This document shows, in pieces, positions 1 through 7,409 of a DNA stretch of 64,000 nucleotides (its first letter is position 1; each line of letters begins with the position of its first letter). Location: sequence record NC_042093.1. One strand, 5' to 3'. The DNA is from Klebsiella phage Sugarland. The notes below the pieces were generated by a model, which did no database searches, was not told the origin of the DNA, and saw only the letters and a list, made by a program, of their open reading frames with translations. The position numbers were made by a program, and so were the translations under genes.

Positions 1-54
1 ACCGTATCTCAACCCAAGCCAGGCCGGCTTCCCCATCAGTCGTGCCCCGTAATT

Positions 55-132
55 TGGTACCCACTCCCGGACTCGAACCGGGAACCCTGAAGTCTTAAGC
101 CTCATGCCTCTACCAGATTGGACCAAGTGGGT
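55..132 (-). tRNA. tRNA with anticodon UAA (Leu-type anticodon) in a short-variable-arm (type I) body
   Basis: Acceptor ACCCACT/AGTGGGT; T arm CCCGG-TTCGAGT-CCGGG; anticodon loop CTTAAGA; CCA encoded. Confidence 0.6.
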
Positions 133-282
133 ATTAATCGTTATCCAAGTAGGCTTCTATAGCCTCTAGGGCTTCTAGAGTAGAGATATTGAATCTCTCT
201 TTAAGCACTACCACTAGAGTTTCCTGATTCCAGGAATCTACGGAATTAATGTAATTCTCGATGAAATTAGAGTAGCCACCCA

Positions 283-621
283 TTATCGAATCTCCAGACC
301 TTGGAAATACCGCGGGAATGGGCTGCCTACCTCAAAGTTGATGCCCCAGTTGAGTTCCACCAGCTCTGACTTGTCTAAAAGCAGATCATTGCCTTCAAAG
401 ATGTAACCATATACAGTTGGGAACATCGCCGCTAGATCCTCCATATTGGAGTAAGCATTATGCTCTTCACGGAATTGCTCAAACTCTTCAAAGAACTTCT
501 CAAGGAAGAACTCTGGTACAATGAACGTTACAACGTCAGTGCTGTCATCAATACGATAGACCGTTGCCTGGAATAGGCCGACACCGACCAGGTTGATAGC
601 AGGAGTAGTAAAGATATCCAT
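283..621 (-). CDS. hypothetical protein (112 aa)
   Basis: ORF track; acidic small protein typical of T5 early tRNA-region ORFs. Confidence 0.5.
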   Translation of the reverse strand: MDIFTTPAINLVGVGLFQATVYRIDDSTDVVTFIVPEFFLEKFFEEFEQFREEHNAYSNMEDLAAMFPTVYGYIFEGNDLLLDKSELVELNWGINFEVGSPFPRYFQGLEIR

Positions 622-623
622 TA

Positions 624-818
624 TTAATATACCTTGATTAAAGTATTGTCAATGGTGTTCAGGAACTTAACTGCTGCGTCTCTATTAGAGAATGTCTCCA
701 GCACGATAATGTTGTTCTCAGGATCACCGTTACGCACTCGTACCTGGTACGATACAATCACTTCCCAGCGGAACCATAAAGCTCGTGGATTATATCGCAT
801 AAGAATTTTTTGATTCAT
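624..818 (-). CDS. hypothetical protein (about 64 aa; listed ORF 624..878 reads through its own promoter)
   Basis: Internal ATG at 818 preceded by GAGGG Shine-Dalgarno; the -10/-35 elements lie at 850-878. Confidence 0.45.
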   Translation of the reverse strand: MNQKILMRYNPRALWFRWEVIVSYQVRVRNGDPENNIIVLETFSNRDAAVKFLNTIDNTLIKVY

Positions 819-849
819 TTGGTAAGCCCTCTCATCAATGTATATAAAC

Positions 850-878
850 ATTATACAAGAAATAAGAGCGTTTAGCAA
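850..878 (-). promoter_or_regulatory. T5-type strong sigma70 promoter
   Basis: -35 TTGCTA (revcomp of 873-878), 17-bp spacer, -10 TATAAT (revcomp of 850-855), upstream A-tract AAAAATTCATT. Confidence 0.6.
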
Positions 879-1123
879 ATGAATTTTTCGAACTTTCGGG
901 AAAATGCCACCCTAAGTCAATGCCACTACTTGAGACGTTATAGGCAATCTATCTCAAGTTGTCTGCCCCATTGCTTTCAGTGATTTCTGCACGCAGAAAT
1001 TCTTCTTGACTGGAGGACTTTACCACGTCAAACGGCCGGAAATCGGTGGCTTATTTTATCCTGTCACCCATCACCTGCTTGTCTGAGTTTAATCAGAGAG
1101 CCTGTAACGGGCTACTTGGGATT

Positions 1124-1258
1124 TGGAAGTATCAGTTGGATTCGAACCAACGCACCGGCTAACCTAGAGATCACCAGACGTTTCCAAGTCTGCTCACTAA
1201 CGGCCAGCTGCTTTACCGTGAGCTTTAGGACTATTCAGCTCCATAAGCTATTGATACT
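1124..1258 (-). ncRNA. tRNA-like stable RNA candidate (about 135 nt)
   Basis: Canonical T arm GTTGG-TTCGAAT-CCAAC and encoded CCA. Acceptor AGTATCA/TGATACT pairs only across a 135-nt span; internal hairpin CAGAC-TTGGAAAC-GTCTG; no standard anticodon arm. Confidence 0.4.
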
Positions 1259-1265
1259 ATTAATT

Positions 1266-1343
1266 TGGTGCAACCGGTTCGATTTGAACGAACGACCCCT
1301 GGACTTTCAAACCAGTGCTCTCACCTCGCTGAGCTACAGTTGC
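1266..1343 (-). tRNA. tRNA-Phe (GAA)
   Basis: Acceptor GCAACTG/CGGTTGC; D arm TAGCTCAGCGAGGTGAGAGC; anticodon loop TTGAAAG; T loop TTCAAAT; CCA. Confidence 0.7.
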
Positions 1344-1424
1344 GTAATTCGTGCCTGCTCCTTTGAATCAAGAAGTCCACCCCGGTCTTTGGGTCTTTGC
1401 AGTACATCACGCTGCTCTGATGTT

Positions 1425-1512
1425 TGGTGGAACTTGGGAGACTACGTGCTACTCCCCTCACAGACCGGGATTCCCCGCTATCTATGATGCTTAACCGATT
1501 AGCTGAAGTCCC
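1425..1512 (-). ncRNA. tRNA-like RNA candidate (88 nt) lacking a canonical T loop
   Basis: Acceptor GGGACTT/AAGTTCC plus CCA; D-like stem; internal CGGGG-AAT-CCCG hairpin. Packed between two tRNAs with 6-12 nt spacers. Confidence 0.35.
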
Positions 1513-1518
1513 ATAATG

Positions 1519-1594
1519 TGGTAGACCGCCCGGGACTCGAACCCGGAACCTATCGCTTAAAAGGCGAGTGCTCTAACCATTGAGCTAGCGATCT
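1519..1594 (-). tRNA. tRNA-Lys (UUU)
   Basis: Acceptor AGATCGC/GCGGTCT; anticodon loop CTTTTAA; T arm CCGGG-TTCGAGT-CCCGG; CCA. Confidence 0.65.
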
Positions 1595-1824
1595 AAAATA
1601 GTGTTTACTTCCCATACATGAGCATAGCAGCTTTTCGATACTATATGGGTTTCCGCCTCTGTTAAAGCGGCTTCAAATGTATCATGTAACGTTGTACCTT
1701 CGAATTTAATACTTGAATCTCCTGTTTGGGACTCTCTTGTTACAAACGCCTTATACTTAATCATGAGTACCTCTGGTAATTGGAGCACCATCATGGATTT
1801 TAACCATGCTGCGAGGGTTTGCAA
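1585..1824 (-). CDS. hypothetical protein (79 aa)
   Basis: ORF track. Confidence 0.45.
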   Translation of the reverse strand: MQTLAAWLKSMMVLQLPEVLMIKYKAFVTRESQTGDSSIKFEGTTLHDTFEAALTEAETHIVSKSCYAHVWEVNTILDR

Positions 1825-2082
1825 GCCTCTGCCTAGTCACTCGGCCAATGATGCATTGTTTAATTAGGGCGCACCGGAGTTCCACCGATTGCTAACGCTT
1901 CACTGCAACCTAAGTCGCTGTTCTTACCCTAATACTGTATTACTGACTAGGATTTTCACCTAGACGGAGTTAGCACCGTAGCGTGTAGCGGCATACCTCT
2001 CCAAACCGGGCCACATCTTTCAATTGCGGTGGCAGTATTCCTACGCGTGCCTAGGTTAATTAAATAACCTTTTCAGTAAAAT

Positions 2083-2160
2083 TGGCGGTTCCTGCTGGAC
2101 TTGAACCAGCAACCCTCAACTTAACAAGATGCCGCTCTAACCAATTGGAGCTAAGGAACC
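2083..2160 (-). tRNA. tRNA-Asn (GUU)
   Basis: Acceptor GGTTCCT/AGGAACC; anticodon loop TTGTTAA; T arm GCTGG-TTCAAGT-CCAGC; CCA. Anticodon stem is weak. Confidence 0.55.
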
Positions 2161-2627
2161 ATAAATTGTTTTAAGCTCTCATCGTTGAGAGAAGTCAACA
2201 ACGAGGCTAAGCTCTGGTCTAGAGTTACCCATTCATGGTCTGCTTTTAATAGACCGTGGAAACTCTTTTCTGCCTTACGAACATCTAACCAAAAAGACCA
2301 GTGGTACATTTTGTAATCTCTTAAAGGTGAGTAAGTTTGATATTGAGCCAACCTTTTGTGTGGCTGAGTGGATAAGCCTAACTTAACCCTGCCCGGCCAG
2401 GCTGGATTTGTGATCGCGTAGAGGAACCCTGCTGTTCCGTCTTTGTACCCAATAGATCTGTTATACTTAATTAGCGATAAAGCAGACAGCTTTAAGCTAT
2501 AGAGCATGTTAGATCGTTTACCAAAGTTGCCAGTACCACACTTTAAACTTTCTAACAGGACTTCTCTCGTTATTTCTATAGGTTGTCCTATTAGGTTAAG
2601 ATGTTGTGTTATTTTATCTGAAAACAT
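2151..2627 (-). CDS. T5orf172 / GIY-YIG-like domain protein
   Basis: Motif GFLYAITNPAWPGRVKLGLST...RLAQYQT resembles the T5orf172 (GIY-YIG-related) domain. Confidence 0.5.
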   Translation of the reverse strand: MFSDKITQHLNLIGQPIEITREVLLESLKCGTGNFGKRSNMLYSLKLSALSLIKYNRSIGYKDGTAGFLYAITNPAWPGRVKLGLSTQPHKRLAQYQTYSPLRDYKMYHWSFWLDVRKAEKSFHGLLKADHEWVTLDQSLASLLTSLNDESLKQFMVP

Positions 2628-2643
2628 ACCTATTACCTTAAAT

Positions 2644-2724
2644 TGGTGGGAGATGGAGGACTCGAACCTCCGTGTGGTATACCCGGTCTACAGCCAGGCG
2701 CCGTCGCCGCTGAGCCAATCTCCC
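2644..2724 (-). tRNA. tRNA-Tyr (GUA) with 10-nt variable region
   Basis: Acceptor GGGAGAT/ATCTCCC; anticodon stem-loop CCTGG-CTGTAGA-CCGGG at standard positions 27-43; T arm GGAGG-TTCGAGT-CCTCC; CCA. Confidence 0.6.
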
Positions 2725-2725
2725 G

Positions 2726-2763
2726 TATTTGAAGAAGCTCTCGTGAGAACCTCTTCAAATACC
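2726..2763. repeat. 11-bp inverted repeat hairpin directly abutting the tRNA-Tyr 5' end
   Basis: GTATTTGAAGA...TCTTCAAATAC. Confidence 0.5.
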
Positions 2764-2862
2764 TCGTCGAAACGAGATATTTGCTAACTTATTGTAACTA
2801 GGGCTGACCCTTGTGTCCGAGGATACCTCTAGACGGTCATATCTCTTAGCCCAGAGAGAATT

Positions 2863-2939
2863 TGGCGCGGCTAACGGGATTCGAACCCGTGGCTCCGACG
2901 TGACAGGCCGGTATGTTGACCGCTGAACACCATAGCCGC
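2863..2939 (-). tRNA. tRNA-Asp (GUC)
   Basis: Acceptor GCGGCTA/TAGCCGC; anticodon stem-loop CCGGC-CTGTCAC-GTCGG; T arm ACGGG-TTCGAAT-CCCGT; CCA. Confidence 0.7.
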
Positions 2940-2947
2940 TTAATTTG

Positions 2948-3056
2948 TTATTCCGGTTCGTACTCCATCAGATCATCTGACTCACACGTCGGACACTCCC
3001 AATGGCATTCACTTAACTCACCGCAATCGGAACAAATGTATAACTTAACTTCATCT
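2948..3056 (-). CDS. small zinc-ribbon protein (36 aa, CxxC...CxxC)
   Basis: MEDEVKLYICSDCGELSECHWECPTCESDD; RBS AGAGGA; below the ORF-track length cutoff. Confidence 0.35.
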
Positions 3057-3091
3057 TCCATTTGCTTTTCCTCTTTCGTTTCAATATAAAT

Positions 3092-3120
3092 ATTATACTA
3101 AATTTCAGGGTACTAGGCAA
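3092..3120 (-). promoter_or_regulatory. T5-type strong sigma70 promoter
   Basis: -35 TTGCCT, 17-bp spacer, -10 TATAAT, upstream AAAAATTCATT. Confidence 0.55.
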
Positions 3121-3132
3121 ATGAATTTTTCA

Positions 3133-3348
3133 TTAATCGTCTTCTTCGTCCCATGAAAGGGAGTGCATGAAGATCGGTAGAACTGTAGGTTCTACGTCAA
3201 GCGACGGGTAGAAATAAGTTTTACCTTGAGACAGGTCAATGAACGTAGGAGTTCTACCCTCCTGCATGTGTTCATCAACCTTGTCTAGGGCGTCGTTTAA
3301 CAGTTCGAAGCAGTCAGTATTCGCTCCGCAAACAACGATAAAATCCAT
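3133..3348 (-). CDS. hypothetical protein (71 aa)
   Basis: ORF track; stop overlaps the start of the downstream gene. Confidence 0.45.
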   Translation of the reverse strand: MDFIVVCGANTDCFELLNDALDKVDEHMQEGRTPTFIDLSQGKTYFYPSLDVEPTVLPIFMHSLSWDEEDD

Positions 3349-3725
3349 TAACGACCCCCGTTCGGGAAACCGGAGGCAAGCAGGAAGCGAACAACGTCTT
3401 CCAGCGACGGGCCTTCGCCATCTTCTTCTTCCAGATGGAAAGGCAGAATAGCGTACTGCATGTCAGCTGGTGCTACCGGGGTGAAAGTAGGCTCTGCGGG
3501 AGCTTCCGCCATGAACACTGCGGTTCCGTCAACCAGACGATCGATCGCTTCACAGACTTCTAGCTGCTCTTCGATCTTGGCCTCGCGTTCGCGCATCAGA
3601 GCCAGCAGTTCAGTGCGGTACTCTTCGATACGGCGGTCTAGAGACTCGATGTTATTGGACAGGTTATCCTGTACAATCATCAGGCGGACTACAGCAGAAT
3701 TTCCATTAGTTGGTCGTGTAAACAT
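3348..3725 (-). CDS. hypothetical protein (125 aa, coiled-coil)
   Basis: ORF track. Confidence 0.5.
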   Translation of the reverse strand: MFTRPTNGNSAVVRLMIVQDNLSNNIESLDRRIEEYRTELLALMREREAKIEEQLEVCEAIDRLVDGTAVFMAEAPAEPTFTPVAPADMQYAILPFHLEEEDGEGPSLEDVVRFLLASGFPNGGR

Positions 3726-3745
3726 GATATTTCCTCAGTTAATTG

Positions 3746-4018
3746 TTAGATAAAGTCGCCGGTAGAAACTACCAGTTTAATGCTTTTACGGAAGATTTCG
3801 TTCATACCGTCGTGAACCATTACTGTCCCGACCATTTTTGGAAGATAGACTTCCACGTCAATAGTTCCGTAGGGCATAGCGTGCTCGTCAGTAAGTTTAG
3901 TCCATAACTCCGGCTGAAGCTCGCAGTTATAGAACACCATCCACTCATGATCGCCATCCCATCCGTCCCAGTTAAGAACCAGTGCGGATTCAATACCTGT
4001 TGCAGTAACCTTTGACAT
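3746..4018 (-). CDS. hypothetical protein (90 aa)
   Basis: ORF track; RBS GAGAGGAG; promoter immediately upstream. Confidence 0.5.
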   Translation of the reverse strand: MSKVTATGIESALVLNWDGWDGDHEWMVFYNCELQPELWTKLTDEHAMPYGTIDVEVYLPKMVGTVMVHDGMNEIFRKSIKLVVSTGDFI

Positions 4019-4049
4019 TTGCTAACTCCTCTCATTAGTTTATGAATCT

Positions 4050-4078
4050 ATTATAGCAATTATAAGAGCGTTTAGCAA
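4050..4078 (-). promoter_or_regulatory. T5-type strong sigma70 promoter
   Basis: -35 TTGCTA, 17-bp spacer, -10 TATAAT, upstream A-tract. Confidence 0.6.
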
Positions 4079-4651
4079 ATGAATTTTTGAATTATCCGCT
4101 CCGAAGAGCGGTAATCCAGGCTTGCAGCTGTTAGTTACACTTGGTTTGAAGTTTGCGAGTCAAAGCGAAAGGGGGTCTATTCCTTACGGACGAAAGAGTT
4201 CCAAGCGCTGAGAGCTTTCAGGGACTGAAGGTTGATAGCCTCCCCGTTTCTGCAACTAACAAATCTTAACTTGAACGTTTAACGTGGGGATTGATTAGCC
4301 CCACTACACGCTAACCCCGGAAGGGATCGAACCTTCACAAGATAGACCATTTATCTCAGCCTCGTTTTCGGGTATCTTATGCAGAGTGGATGTTCTGCTT
4401 ACGCCCTTTAGGAAGCCCCGTATACCGATTCCGGCACGGCATCAACGCGCTAGGGCAATGACCGTCTAAAGTCCTAGCTTCTACATTTATACTCCTGGAC
4501 GGCATGGAGTCGATTCCCTAGACTTTTACTCAGCATTGCGCCAAAACCTGTAAAGGTAAGGATGGGGTATTCTTACGAATCTGGGATCGTCCCCATCAGA
4601 AATTACAGCTTCTCGGACGTTTGACGGCCCTGACTGAAGTCTCACTGTAAA

Positions 4652-4800
4652 TTGGTACTTGCTACTGATTTTGCACCAGCTACCATCGACGTGTAAAGAC
4701 GATGATCTCCCGATTGAGCTAAGCAAGTATTTGGTGGTCAATAGGGGGCCCGAACCCACTGGTAATGGAATCAAAGGGCGTTATGTTAACCGTTGCACTA
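4652..4800 (-). pseudogene. degenerate duplicate of the tRNA-Val/tRNA-Met block (tRNA pseudogenes)
   Basis: About 85% identical to 5227..5382, but the T arms are mutated (GCTGG-TGCAAAA-TCAGT; GTTCGGGCCCC). Confidence 0.5.
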
Positions 4801-4815
4801 CTCTTAAAAATGCCA

Positions 4816-5052
4816 TTAACTAGGTGCTATTTCTATCGGCTGAGATACATTAGGCTGTTCTAATGTATCTGGTGCTGATACAGAGAAAAGAGCCTGTAAT
4901 GCTGCAATATCGCGCTCGTAGGTATCAATACGAGTAGTAAGAGTATCTACCATTTGTTTATGGTGGGCTAAGTTATTTTGAGACTCATCTCGAAGAGCCT
5001 GAAGTTCTACAAGACGTGTTAACATAATTTCACTAAGTAAAGCATTACTCAT
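4816..5052 (-). CDS. hypothetical coiled-coil protein (78 aa)
   Basis: ORF track; RBS AGGAGAAATAA-ATG. Confidence 0.5.
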   Translation of the reverse strand: MSNALLSEIMLTRLVELQALRDESQNNLAHHKQMVDTLTTRIDTYERDIAALQALFSVSAPDTLEQPNVSQPIEIAPS

Positions 5053-5226
5053 TTATTTCTCCTAAGTTTTCGGGTTCTTCTAAACGTTTGCCTTCATGAT
5101 CTACTCGAATAACTCCGCATCCTTCGCAAATCACAACTGCACCATAACCTTCTTTGACTTCGGCTTCTATAATCAAACCAGAAAGATCACCAGTATCTCT
5201 GCTTTAACCGAAGTCTCACTGTAAAT

Positions 5227-5302
5227 TGGTACTTGCTGCTGGTTTCGAACCAGCTACCCTCGCCGTGTAAAGACGATGCTCTCCCGATTGAGCTAAGCAA
5301 GT
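5227..5302 (-). tRNA. tRNA-Val (UAC)
   Basis: Acceptor ACTTGCT/AGCAAGT; D arm GCTCAATCGGGAGAGC; anticodon stem-loop TCGTC-TTTACAC-GGCGA; T arm GCTGG-TTCGAAA-CCAGC; CCA. Confidence 0.7.
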
Positions 5303-5305
5303 ATT

Positions 5306-5382
5306 TGGTGGTCAATAGTGGACTCGAACCACTGTAGTCTCACGTATGAAGCGAGTGCATAAACCATCTCTGCCAACTGACC
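5306..5382 (-). tRNA. tRNA-Met/Ile2-type (CAU)
   Basis: Acceptor GGTCAGT/ATTGACC; anticodon stem-loop CTCGC-TTCATAC-GTGAG; T arm AGTGG-TTCGAGT-CCACT; CCA. Confidence 0.6.
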
Positions 5383-5539
5383 CAAAGAATTTGCCTCAAG
5401 AATCTTACGCTACTATTCTTCTCCTACCTATACCTGTTTTGCCCACAAAGTAAATTTGTCTAGGCCTAACAGGTAAGTACTATACTACGTACCATCGCTG
5501 GAGGATATTCCGATGAAATATCCTATAGGGGGCAAAAAT

Positions 5540-5615
5540 TGGTACTCCGAACTGGACTCGAACCAGTGTTTGGCGATTATCGGTCGCCTGTTCTAACCAA
5601 CTGAACTATCAGAGC
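5540..5615 (-). tRNA. tRNA-Ile (GAU)
   Basis: D arm GTTCAGTTGGTTAGAAC; anticodon stem-loop GGCGA-CCGATAA-TCGCC; T arm ACTGG-TTCGAGT-CCAGT; CCA. Confidence 0.7.
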
Positions 5616-5616
5616 A

Positions 5617-5775
5617 TTATTGTTCTTGCTGACGGACGCAGATTTCCTCGTCCGGGTGTATTTGAGCTATTCTAGCATCGTCCTCAGCTTCCTTGTACGT
5701 GTCATGAAAAGCCGGTGCCCAAAATACGATCTCTTTTGTGTGGGTATTAATTAGCATACCTTGATAGCGAATCAT
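5617..5775 (-). CDS. hypothetical protein (about 52 aa)
   Basis: Internal ATG with GAGGT RBS; the listed ORF 5617..5853 overlaps the upstream ORF in another frame. Confidence 0.35.
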   Translation of the reverse strand: MIRYQGMLINTHTKEIVFWAPAFHDTYKEAEDDARIAQIHPDEEICVRQQEQ

Positions 5776-5782
5776 GATTACC

Positions 5783-5977
5783 TCAACGTTTACCGTTTCG
5801 TGGTGCTCCTGGACGTCTAGCAGCCTCTGCCATTCGTTTCTTGATTTTAGCAATGTTCTCTGGTGTTTGTTCTGACTTGCGTAAGCCTGTCACGTTACAC
5901 CAGTTATCGCCATCCCAGGAAGTAATTAGCATTACTCCAGTACCCAGTACTCGTTCTGTAAAAGAGATTTTCATCAT
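5783..5977 (-). CDS. hypothetical protein (64 aa)
   Basis: ORF track. Confidence 0.35.
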   Translation of the reverse strand: MMKISFTERVLGTGVMLITSWDGDNWCNVTGLRKSEQTPENIAKIKKRMAEAARRPGAPRNGKR

Positions 5978-5990
5978 CTTCTCCTAGAAT

Positions 5991-6067
5991 TGGATGCTCC
6001 GGCAAGATTCGAACTTGCGATCTCCAGCTTATGAGACTGGCGAGGACGGCCTCTCCTCTACGGTGCA
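5991..6067 (-). tRNA. tRNA-Met/Ile2-type (CAU), second copy
   Basis: D arm GAGG-AGAGGCCGT-CCTC; anticodon stem-loop CCAGT-CTCATAA-GCTGG; T arm GCAAG-TTCGAAT-CTTGC; CCA. One A:A mismatch in the acceptor stem. Confidence 0.55.
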
Positions 6068-6069
6068 AT

Positions 6070-6144
6070 TGGCAGGGGCAACAAGAATCGAACTTGTGAC
6101 CTAAGGCTTCAGAGACCTCCGCTCTACCTACTGAGCTATACCCC
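6070..6144 (-). tRNA. tRNA-Gln (CUG)
   Basis: D arm GCTCAGTAGGTAGAGC; anticodon stem-loop GAGGT-CTCTGAA-GCCTT; T arm ACAAG-TTCGATT-CTTGT; CCA. Acceptor pairing is imperfect. Confidence 0.5.
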
Positions 6145-6153
6145 AATTATGCG

Positions 6154-6270
6154 CACTCTGCTGAGTACAACGTTGTGTCTAGGGCCAGAACATAAATGCT
6201 TGCATTTATGGGAGGCGGCTAGAAGAGGGATGTGACCCAGAGGGCTAACCTCGTCACTCTCAGCAGAGAT
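6154..6270. repeat. 10-bp inverted repeat (CTCTGCTGAG / CTCAGCAGAG) enclosing about 95 nt of non-coding sequence between tRNAs
   Basis: Seen directly in sequence. Confidence 0.5.
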
Positions 6271-6274
6271 TTTA

Positions 6275-6349
6275 TGGTACACCATCGAGGAATCGAACCT
6301 CAACCATAGAGTTCGTAGCTCTATATTCTATCCATTAAACTAATGGTGC
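6275..6349 (-). tRNA. tRNA-Arg (ACG)
   Basis: Acceptor GCACCAT/ATGGTGT; anticodon stem-loop TAGAG-CTACGAA-CTCTA; T loop TTCGATT; CCA. Confidence 0.6.
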
Positions 6350-6356
6350 AGTAACC

Positions 6357-6433
6357 TGGAGGGATATCTTGGACTCGAACCAAGATAGACTCGATCCACA
6401 ATCGAGGTCATTATCCAGTTATGATAATATCCC
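6357..6433 (-). tRNA. tRNA-His (GUG)
   Basis: Acceptor GGGATAT/ATATCCC; D stem TCAT/ATGA; anticodon stem-loop CTCGA-TTGTGGA-TCGAG; T arm CTTGG-TTCGAGT-CCAAG; CCA. Confidence 0.7.
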
Positions 6434-6434
6434 A

Positions 6435-6582
6435 AATTTGAGTACCATCGAGGGCTGATCAGACCTCCACAAATAGTATGTACATCGCACACACTATCCG
6501 GTTAGACCGCGTATTGGTACGTTGCACTTCGTGCAGCATATAACTCCAACAGGCGACTCATCGAACGATGATACTCAAATTT
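6435..6582. repeat. 17-bp inverted repeat (AAATTTGAGTAYCATCG) enclosing a structured non-coding core of about 110 nt
   Basis: Arms at 6435-6455 and 6560-6582; the interior contains TGCAC-GAA-GTGCA and other hairpins; no ORF. Confidence 0.5.
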
Positions 6583-6815
6583 GGTGGCCCTAAGAAACTC
6601 TTCCCACTAACAACTAGTTGATTACTTCTGGATTTTCGCCCAGAAAATTCTCTAGAAAGGGGCAACCGTTACTCGTCGGGCCATTGTGAATGGGCTGGTC
6701 TCTCAGCCCCGGTTACTACTTGATCCTTACGATCTGACGGCAACCACGTGCAGCGACCCTTCATATATTGTATAGTGCTCAGAAGGTCATTAGAAGCACT
6801 ACAACTTTCGTTGTT

Positions 6816-6902
6816 TGGCGGAAAGCGAAGGACTTGAACCTTCATGCCCTTTCGGACTCATCATTAGCAGTGATGCGTGGCTACCAGTTTCACCAGCTTT
6901 CC
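6816..6902 (-). tRNA. tRNA-Ser (GCU), type II
   Basis: Acceptor GGAAAGC/GCTTTCC; anticodon stem-loop CATCA-CTGCTAA-TGATG; long variable arm; T arm GAAGG-TTCAAGT-CCTTC; CCA. Confidence 0.7.
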
Positions 6903-6909
6903 AGTTGTT

Positions 6910-6994
6910 TGGCGGAGAATAAAGGAATCGAACCCTCACCGTTTCCGATGGCGACTGATTTCAAGTCAGCTTGCTCCCATGAGCACTACTCTCC
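6910..6994 (-). tRNA. tRNA-Ser (UGA), type II
   Basis: Acceptor GGAGAGT/ATTCTCC; anticodon stem-loop GCTGA-CTTGAAA-TCAGT; long variable arm; T loop TTCGATT; CCA. Confidence 0.6.
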
Positions 6995-7225
6995 AGTTAA
7001 TATTTGCTCTACTTCTTTACGGAGTTCATCAGGATCGGCATGATACGTGATTTCCCAGACGTACAGAACTCCGTTAGCACAAGCTAAGTCGAAGATCTCG
7101 CTTTCCGGTAGCACCAGCCCCATACACTTAATATGAAACTCTAGGGCTTCCTTACTCGGAAAGGTATGGACTTTACGGAACTCATTTTTCTTACGATCCA
7201 ACTGCATAATTTCTATGTTCATCAC
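6986..7225 (-). CDS. hypothetical protein (79 aa)
   Basis: ORF track. Confidence 0.5.
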   Translation of the reverse strand: MMNIEIMQLDRKKNEFRKVHTFPSKEALEFHIKCMGLVLPESEIFDLACANGVLYVWEITYHADPDELRKEVEQILTGE

Positions 7226-7239
7226 GAACTCCTGTTATT

Positions 7240-7326
7240 TGGTAGGGATGGAGGGGGTCGAACCCACACGGATATTTCACCACTAGAACCTAAATCTAGC
7301 GCGGCTGCCAATTTCGCCACATCCCC
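7240..7326 (-). tRNA. tRNA-Leu (UAG), type II
   Basis: Acceptor GGGGATG/CATCCCT; 3-bp D stem; anticodon stem-loop CTAGA-TTTAGGT-TCTAG; long variable arm; T loop TTCGACC; CCA. Confidence 0.65.
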
Positions 7327-7333
7327 ATTTGTT

Positions 7334-7409
7334 TGGTGGAGGATAACGGATTTGAACCGTTCTGATTCCCGCATTGCAAGTGCGGTGTCCACTCCCAGCA
7401 GACCCATCC
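7334..7409 (-). tRNA. tRNA-Ala (UGC)
   Basis: Anticodon stem-loop CCGCA-CTTGCAA-TGCGG; T arm AACGG-TTCAAAT-CCGTT; CCA. Acceptor has two mismatches. Confidence 0.55.

Noticed and set aside
1116-1487. 123-aa plus-strand ORF
   Set aside because: Lies antisense to three tRNA/tRNA-like genes, has no RBS, and its composition is typical of translated structured RNA.
2506-2787. 93-aa plus-strand ORF
   Set aside because: Antisense to the T5orf172-like gene and to tRNA-Tyr; no promoter or RBS.
6440-6580. Hammerhead-ribozyme-like CGATGAG / CTGATCA motifs inside the 17-bp inverted-repeat module
   Set aside because: The conserved CUGAUGA core and GAAA partner are not both present in the required geometry.
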